Positions 8,688-12,889 of a stretch of DNA of 12,889 nt are shown here, piece by piece (the stretch's first letter is position 1; every line of letters begins with the position of its first letter). Below the pieces are notes generated by a model. It ran no database searches, was not told the DNA's origin, and saw nothing but the letters and a program-made list of their open reading frames with translations. The position numbers and the translations under genes were made by a program. Source of the stretch: a virus; IMG/VR virus record IMGVR_UViG_3300013426_000160, positions 1-12,889 of that record; one strand, 5' to 3'.

Positions 8688-8831
8688 ATATACAGGAATT
8701 GCACAATACCAGAAGAATTTAAACTTTTCTTCCAGTATTTATACAATACCAGAAACCTTTTCTACTCTTGGTAGATAGGTGATTTATTTCACAACCCTTT
8801 AACTATAGGAATAGTTAGTAGCTGTTGAAAA

Positions 8832-9092
8832 CTAATTCAATTCTATACATTTATTCTCGAATTTTTTATAAGCATCGAAATACAATTCTTTTTTATCTCC
8901 ATTGTATGTGCATTCATAATACATACCATCAAATAAAGTTGTACTCAATAATGCTTTATGGTTTTGTAATGTTTTACAATACCAAACATCAAATACCTCA
9001 AACTCTGGAATGTTATCACTCTTATCTAAATGCTCTTTTGCATATTCCTTCACTATTTCTTTACTTTTTTCAATAAATTCTTTGCTTCCCAT
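8832..9092 (-). CDS. DUF6275-like phage protein (86 aa)
   Basis: VFDVWYCKTLQNHKALLSTTLFDGMYYECTYNGDKKELYFDAYKKFEN matches my recollection of the DUF6275 family. Confidence 0.75.
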   Translation of the reverse strand: MGSKEFIEKSKEIVKEYAKEHLDKSDNIPEFEVFDVWYCKTLQNHKALLSTTLFDGMYYECTYNGDKKELYFDAYKKFENKCIELN

Positions 9093-9103
9093 ATTATTAC
9101 CTC

Positions 9104-9322
9104 CTAAATATTTAAGTCCATTATTGCTTTACTTCTCTGTGCTGTTATATTAACCTTATTATCCTTGTATGCCATTCTTTTAATTTTCCCCTTATCTGGT
9201 TTGTAATCTGGGCAATATAACTGTAACATTTCTTTTGTTTGTATTATTACTGCTCCTTTGTCACAATTTCCACAACAGGTAATACATAGATGTTTTAACA
9301 TGCTTTCTGTTAATTTACACAT
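9104..9322 (-). CDS. Small Cys-rich hypothetical protein (72 aa), start corrected from the ORF track
   Basis: ATG at 9322-9320 preceded by GAGAGGTG 5-6 nt upstream. The upstream extension to 9364 runs into the conserved-looking long RNA helix. Confidence 0.65.
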   Translation of the reverse strand: MCKLTESMLKHLCITCCGNCDKGAVIIQTKEMLQLYCPDYKPDKGKIKRMAYKDNKVNITAQRSKAIMDLNI

Positions 9323-9351
9323 ATACAACACCTCTCTTTTGTTTTTTAAGT

Positions 9352-9499
9352 AAACACTATGCAATTATATATTGGTTTGGACAATTAGCCACTTTGTCCC
9401 TTGCAAATATTAATACCAACCTATATAACTAGCAATTTGCATTTAGTTATACAAATGACCTTATCGGTAATTCTTTTTATATATAACTGCATAGTGTTT
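9352..9499 (-). repeat. 21-bp inverted repeat AAACACTATGCA(G)TTATATAT ... ATATATAA(T)TGCATAGTGTTT enclosing two hairpins
   Basis: Arms at 9479-9499 and 9352-9372; 20 Watson-Crick pairs plus one G-U in the minus-strand RNA. Confidence 0.9.
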
Positions 9500-9763
9500 G
9501 CTTTTATTTACTAGGAACTCCTATGCTAGAATGGAGTATTGCCTTGCAACCTAGATTTATAATTTTCTTCCGCAAAAACTACTAAAACGCTGTTTGCTAT
9601 CGCGAACCAGTAAAACGCTCTTTTTAATTTCATATCTAGCATAATAAAAGAGTAAATGTAGAGAACTTAACTAGAATATTCTCTTGTATATTTATTTAGA
9701 AAGGAGGTTCTACTAATAGAACTATATTAATTATCTAGTATATTAATATCTAATAGAAAAATA

Positions 9764-9788
9764 GAGCTAAACATTTAATGTTCAGCTC
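9764..9788 (-). terminator. Hairpin GAGCTGAACA-ttaaa-TGTTTAGCTC followed by TATTTTTCTATT; leader terminator/attenuator or first stem of the ncRNA
   Basis: 10-bp stem with one minus-strand G-U, followed directly by a T-rich tract. Confidence 0.5.
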
Positions 9789-9814
9789 CGCAAAAGTTTT
9801 ATCTTTTTCTCTCT

Positions 9815-9842
9815 ATTATAATTATAGCACTTTCAAATTCAA
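9815..9842 (-). promoter_or_regulatory. Putative promoter: TTGAAT (9842-9837) - 16 nt - TATAAT (9820-9815), predicted start near 9808
   Basis: Close to sigma-A consensus with allowed spacing; an overlapping second TATAAT lies at 9826-9821. Confidence 0.55.
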
Positions 9843-9854
9843 ATTACATCCAAA

Positions 9855-9880
9855 TTTTATCACAATTTTATCACAATTTT
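9855..9880 (-). promoter_or_regulatory. 11-bp tandem repeat (plus strand TTTTATCACAA x2 plus partial third copy) just upstream of the putative promoter
   Basis: Direct reading: TTTTATCACAATTTTATCACAATTTT, spacing about one helical turn, roughly 13 bp upstream of the -35. Confidence 0.5.
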
Positions 9881-10435
9881 TCAGTCTATCCCTGTATTAA
9901 GAATATCTAACATGCTTCTTAATGCATTGTCTCTTATATTCAATAATTGATTTATTGATTTTGGCTTTTGAAACTCTTCATAATACTCATTTGCTACATA
10001 ATCCCATTTTGATTTACGCATATAATATTCCTTTACGATAAATTCTTCTTCTCCAGATAATTGGTTTAATAAATTTTTTACTCTTACTACTTTTTTATCT
10101 AAAATTTCTTTATCCTTTTTTAATCTTTCTATTCTTCTTTTCAGGTCTTCTCTATCTTCTTTATTTATATGGTTCATTTCTCTATTATAATTTATAACTG
10201 TATTAAGTGTCTTGTCTGATGTTTTATTTGTTATGCTTCTTGGTATATCTGATAGAACCTGTCCTTGCAATTGCATTCCTTCTATAACACTCTCTTTTGT
10301 ATCATTAAAAACTGTTCCTGCATAACATAATCTTTCTTCATACTCTTCTTCTTTTAATTCTATTTCTGTAATTTTTGCCTCATTCTTCAAATGATTTCTA
10401 AGCATTACTTCTAAATCTTCTTTTATGTATTTCAA
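9881..10435 (-). CDS. Phage regulatory protein, possibly late transcription regulator with C-terminal HTH-like segment (184 aa)
   Basis: Coiled-coil followed by EEEFIVKEYYMRKSKWDYVANEYYEEF...SINQLLNIRDNALRSMLDIL, similar in layout to ArpU/DUF1492-like phage regulators; TTG start with GGAG upstream. Confidence 0.5.
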   Translation of the reverse strand: MKYIKEDLEVMLRNHLKNEAKITEIELKEEEYEERLCYAGTVFNDTKESVIEGMQLQGQVLSDIPRSITNKTSDKTLNTVINYNREMNHINKEDREDLKRRIERLKKDKEILDKKVVRVKNLLNQLSGEEEFIVKEYYMRKSKWDYVANEYYEEFQKPKSINQLLNIRDNALRSMLDILNTGID

Positions 10436-10457
10436 TTTTCATTTCTCCTTTCTTTTT

Positions 10458-10634
10458 CTACCACTCTTTCGTATATCCCCAATTTTTCTTGAATTTAATT
10501 TTAAAGCCTTTTTTCCTTAATCTGCATATATTTACTCTAAGAGCTTCTTTTGTAAAATATTTCTCCATGTTTTTATAGCTACATTTGTTATTTTCTAGTG
10601 CATTTAATATTCTAGTTTCTATTAAAGTACACAT
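10458..10634 (-). CDS. Small OmpR-type winged-helix-like protein (58 aa): MCTLIETRILNALENNKCSYKNMEKYFTKEALRVNICRLRKKGFKIKFKKNWGYTKEW
   Basis: Absent from ORF track. SD CGGAGG upstream of ATG. Pattern VNICRLRKK...I...GY resembles the recognition helix and wing of OmpR-type DNA-binding domains. Confidence 0.65.
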   Translation of the reverse strand: MCTLIETRILNALENNKCSYKNMEKYFTKEALRVNICRLRKKGFKIKFKKNWGYTKEW

Positions 10635-10689
10635 GTATTTACCTCCGTTATTGATTTTATTTGCATTTTGTTGTAAACACCAAAATCGT

Positions 10690-10941
10690 TTATGTTACTT
10701 GCTTTTTAAAATATTGTTTTATTGCTTCTGTGGTTAATACATTGAAATTTTTATCTATTAGAACCTCTTTTTTTGCAATGTATTTTGCCATTAGTTCTAT
10801 TATCTTGTCTTTTTCTTCTATCATAGCTAAAACATTTTTTAAATCTGATACGAAAACAGATATTCCAATATTTTTTTCACATTCTCCTATCAATATTTGT
10901 CTTTTAAGTTTTTCCAGTGATTCTTCTTGTTCTTTTGTCAT
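10690..10941 (-). CDS. Hypothetical phage protein (83 aa)
   Basis: ORF in gene array on the coding strand. Confidence 0.6.
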   Translation of the reverse strand: MTKEQEESLEKLKRQILIGECEKNIGISVFVSDLKNVLAMIEEKDKIIELMAKYIAKKEVLIDKNFNVLTTEAIKQYFKKQVT

Positions 10942-10944
10942 ATG

Positions 10945-11139
10945 TTAGTCCTCCTTCAATTTTCTGCCACATTCAGGACAATAATTTATATTCATTTCTG
11001 CTATTCCATCTCCATAAGCTCGTATTTTTGTTTCTCCATGAATTTTTTCTATTGCTAAATTAACCCAATTGCCTTGAATTTCATACACTTCGTTGTTTTT
11101 TAATCTTTCGCATATTTTACACTTTTTTATTTCATCCAT
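10945..11139 (-). CDS. Small zinc-ribbon-like protein (64 aa), Cx2C ... YCPECGRKL
   Basis: CKICERL...INYCPECGRKL motif common in phage early-region proteins. Confidence 0.7.
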   Translation of the reverse strand: MDEIKKCKICERLKNNEVYEIQGNWVNLAIEKIHGETKIRAYGDGIAEMNINYCPECGRKLKED

Positions 11140-11199
11140 CCTAGTTCCTCTACTTTCTTATTTATTGCTTGGAGTTCTTGCATATCTAATGCATCATTG

Positions 11200-11307
11200 T
11201 CACTCTGCTGTTTTTTCTTTCACTCCGTGTGGACAATCACTACAATAGTCTGCACTTGCTTCTTTACACATTTTGTATTGTTTTTCTCCTTTTTCACATC
11301 TATACAC
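11200..11307 (-). CDS. Very small Cys-rich protein (35 aa) VYRCEKGEKQYKMCKEASADYCSDCPHGVKEKTAE
   Basis: GTG start with GAGGAG 8 nt upstream; coupled to the stop codon of the preceding ORF. Confidence 0.45.
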   Translation of the reverse strand: MYRCEKGEKQYKMCKEASADYCSDCPHGVKEKTAE

Positions 11308-11450
11308 TATGTATCACTCCTCTTCTTTTTCTTAAACTTTTGCCTTCTTCTTTCTTCTCTATTTCTCGGCTTTGGGTTTTCAGCTTCATATAATGCTTCT
11401 AATTTTAACTTTTGTTCCTCTGTTAAATTCTTTCCTGTGTATTTGTACAT
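11307..11450 (-). CDS. Small basic protein (47 aa) MYKYTGKNLTEEQKLKLEALYEAENPKPRNREERRRQKFKKKKRSDT
   Basis: ORF between the HNH gene and the 35-aa ORF, absent from ORF track. Confidence 0.4.
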   Translation of the reverse strand: MYKYTGKNLTEEQKLKLEALYEAENPKPRNREERRRQKFKKKKRSDT

Positions 11451-11452
11451 AT

Positions 11453-12010
11453 CTATTCTCCTCCTAATAACTCTGGATTATCGTATATTTCATTTAATCT
11501 ATCTTTAACTTGTTTCCAATTATAATTTAATTCTTTTGATATTTTGTTTATCGAATATCCCTTTTGATATAAATTCCATATTTTTTTATATGAAATATCT
11601 TTTCTGGTAAAATTTCTCTTTGTTCCTAGCCTTTTATGATTAGTCATTCTTATTATCTCTTTTTGTTTTTCTGATATTGTCTTGCCTTTATTATGTTTGC
11701 TCTGATGTGTTGTCATAAATATGACAGCTAAATTTTCCTTTCTAGCATCTAATTTATTTTCATTTATATGATGAACAAAAAAATATGTTGGCAACTTGGT
11801 ATTTAACCAGTAACTCATAAGCAATCTGTGTATGTGAACTTTTTCTTTTCCAATAGTTACTGCAGGGTAATTCCCATGCATATATATTTTCTTTATGCTT
11901 TGAACAGGATTTTCTGCATACCATAATATGGCTTTTTCTAATTCTTCACAATCTACTATGCAATCACATATATTTTTAAACTTAATTGCTTTTTGTATTT
12001 TTACTGTCAT
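11453..12010 (-). CDS. HNH endonuclease, homing-endonuclease-like (185 aa)
   Basis: VHIHRLLMSYWLN...YFFVHHINENKLDARKENLAVIFMTTHQSKHNKGK is an HNH core; C-terminal ISYKKIWNLYQKGYSINKISKELNYNWKQVKDRL is an HTH-type DNA-binding segment. Confidence 0.88.
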   Translation of the reverse strand: MTVKIQKAIKFKNICDCIVDCEELEKAILWYAENPVQSIKKIYMHGNYPAVTIGKEKVHIHRLLMSYWLNTKLPTYFFVHHINENKLDARKENLAVIFMTTHQSKHNKGKTISEKQKEIIRMTNHKRLGTKRNFTRKDISYKKIWNLYQKGYSINKISKELNYNWKQVKDRLNEIYDNPELLGGE

Positions 12011-12148
12011 TTAATAAATCACTATCCTCCCATACATTTCCTATTACTTCTATATCATCATAATCTCCAAGTGGTTCTGCTTCATTTACTATACTTTCTG
12101 TATTTATGATTATATATCGTATGCTCTAAACTTTATCTCTCTATTCAT
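11982..12148 (-). pseudogene. YopX-like remnant: intact N-terminus MNREIKFRAYD, then a frame break, then IINTESIVNEAEPLGDYDDIEVIGNVWEDSDLLNDSKNTKSN
   Basis: ATG at 12148-12146 with GGAGGAG upstream. MNREIKFRA is the canonical YopX start and D(I/L)EVIGN-x-(Y/W)E(N/D) resembles the YopX C-terminus; the middle is missing and the frames disagree. Confidence 0.5.
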
Positions 12149-12889
12149 CTTCTCCTCCTACCAATTTCCAAAACTTTTCTGCTCCATAGTCATTTATAAG
12201 TATTTTTCTTAATTCTGTTAACTCTATTTCTTCCAAGTCTTGTATATTATGTTCTTTGCAAAATTTATTTGTTCCAAATGAGCATGCTCCTGTTATTGCT
12301 CTATATTGACTTCTTGTTACTTTTCCTGTCTCTTTTATTTTTGCTACTATCTCATCTGTGTTTACCTTGTCCAATTTCTTTAATGTTAAATCTTCTACCG
12401 CTTCTCTTATTGTGTAACCATGTGCCGTTAATCTACCTTCTTTAGCAATATAAATTGGCTTTGTTTCATCACTTAAATATATGTCGTCTATATCTACTGC
12501 TTTGATTATTTTAATATTATCTCTTTTATGCTCTGATAAATTAATTGTCCATATATCGTCATAATTATCTACTGGATAAAATTCTTTTTTCCATAGCATG
12601 TAATATGTATTAGATTTAAGTGTTTTTCCGTTGTGGTCTTTAAATTCCTTATTTCCTATCTGTGCTGATTTTGCATATATCGGTATAATGTTGTTTTCTT
12701 CATCTTTTCCGTATTCTGCAAGTGAAATCCATGTACCTTTTACTGCTTTTATAATTCCTTTGTATCCACAATCAAAACATATTGAGTTCTTGCCACTAAT
12801 AACATTTTGAGCACCGTATCCACTACTTGCATTTTTAGCATAGTCTCCACTACTTGCATTTTTAGCATAGTCTCCACTACTTGCATTTT
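12141..12889 (-). CDS. Partial phage protein with N-terminal NASSGDYAK nonapeptide tandem repeats and unknown C-terminal domain (DUF7666-like); 5' end outside window
   Basis: Open frame continues to the window edge: NASSGDYAKNASSGDYAKNASSGYGAQNVISGKNSICFDCGYKGIIKAVKGTWISLAEYGKDEENNIIPIYAKSAQIGNKEFKDHNGKTLKSNTYYMLWKKEFYPVD... The ORF track start at 12599 is an internal Met. Confidence 0.75.
   Translation of the reverse strand, partial: NASSGDYAKNASSGDYAKNASSGYGAQNVISGKNSICFDCGYKGIIKAVKGTWISLAEYGKDEENNIIPIYAKSAQIGNKEFKDHNGKTLKSNTYYMLWKKEFYPVDNYDDIWTINLSEHKRDNIKIIKAVDIDDIYLSDETKPIYIAKEGRLTAHGYTIREAVEDLTLKKLDKVNTDEIVAKIKETGKVTRSQYRAITGACSFGTNKFCKEHNIQDLEEIELTELRKILINDYGAEKFWKLVGGEDE
12820..12889 (-). 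repeat. 27-bp tandem repeat (period 27, at least 2.5 copies to window edge) in coding sequence
   Basis: TCCACTACTTGCATTTTTAGCATAGTC repeated; TCCAC occurs at 12819, 12846 and 12873. Confidence 0.9.

Larger units (their letters stand above)
9352..9812 (-). ncRNA. Large multi-hairpin structured RNA candidate (ROOL/GOLLD-like in size and context, class unassigned)
   Basis: No supported ORF. About ten hairpins, a 21-bp closing helix, a 9-bp kissing-loop candidate and a 7-bp pseudoknot candidate. Two long stems have G-U pairs on the minus strand where the plus strand would have A-C mismatches. Promoter-like sequence immediately upstream; tRNA and terminase genes downstream. Confidence 0.75.

Noticed and set aside
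8745-8825. A second tRNA upstream of tRNA-Thr (TTGGTAGAT resembles a D-loop on the plus strand)
   Set aside because: The anticodon-like hairpin has only a 4-bp stem and 6-nt loop, and there is no matching acceptor stem or T arm on either strand.
9323-9364. N-terminal extension MHSVYLKNKREVLY in the 9104..9364 ORF
   Set aside because: No SD before the 9364 ATG, which lies inside the 21-bp RNA helix; the ATG at 9322 has a good SD.
9696-9760. AAAGGAGGT on the plus strand as a ribosome binding site for a plus-strand gene
   Set aside because: No ATG/GTG/TTG follows at proper spacing and stops appear at once (TAATAG). Better explained as the complement of an anti-SD-like stretch in the minus-strand RNA.
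9352-9812. Group I/II intron, or a metabolite riboswitch, as explanation for the structured region
   Set aside because: No intron-encoded protein, no recognisable domain V-like hairpin or split gene around it. It is larger than common riboswitches and no known aptamer core could be recognised by eye.
11453-12010. HNH protein as the terminase-associated HNH or a restriction enzyme
   Set aside because: Located away from the terminase block and with the HTH tail typical of phage homing endonucleases; no methyltransferase nearby.
12141-12599. MLWKKEFYPV... as the true start of the 12141..12599 protein
   Set aside because: The frame stays open upstream to the window edge with clear repeat-containing coding sequence; this Met is internal.
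12820-12889. CRISPR array at the window edge
   Set aside because: The 27-bp repeats are directly contiguous without spacers and keep an open reading frame (NASSGDYAK), so they are a coding tandem repeat.

Overview
Low-GC Firmicutes-type (clostridial-like) tailed phage or prophage segment. Every credible gene is on the minus strand. Reading the minus strand 5'->3' (high to low coordinates), the window contains: an open-ended repeat protein; a degenerate YopX-like fragment; an HNH endonuclease; several small phage proteins; a small winged-helix-like protein; a possible late-gene regulator; a ~460-nt non-coding region; a small Cys-rich protein; a DUF6275-like protein; a tRNA-Thr(UGU); terminase small and large subunits; an SPP1-type portal; a minor head (MuF/gp7-like) protein with a C-terminal HEIGH metallopeptidase-like domain, apparently frameshifted near its N-terminus; small accessory genes including YjcQ-like; scaffold; major capsid; and head-tail connector genes. 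The most interesting item is the unannotated region ~9352-9812. It folds by eye into a large multi-hairpin RNA on the minus strand. It has G-U wobbles specific to that strand, a 21-bp closing helix enclosing nested hairpins and a 7-bp pseudoknot, a 9-bp perfect kissing-loop candidate, and a 13-nt segment identical to the Firmicutes 16S rRNA 3' tail (ACCUCCUUUCUAA). A promoter-like sequence with upstream 11-bp tandem repeats precedes it. Its size, its ornate structure, and its position near a tRNA and the terminase genes recall the large phage RNAs ROOL and GOLLD. I cannot tell by eye whether it is one of those or a new class. All structures and family calls come from manual reading; no search or folding program was run.
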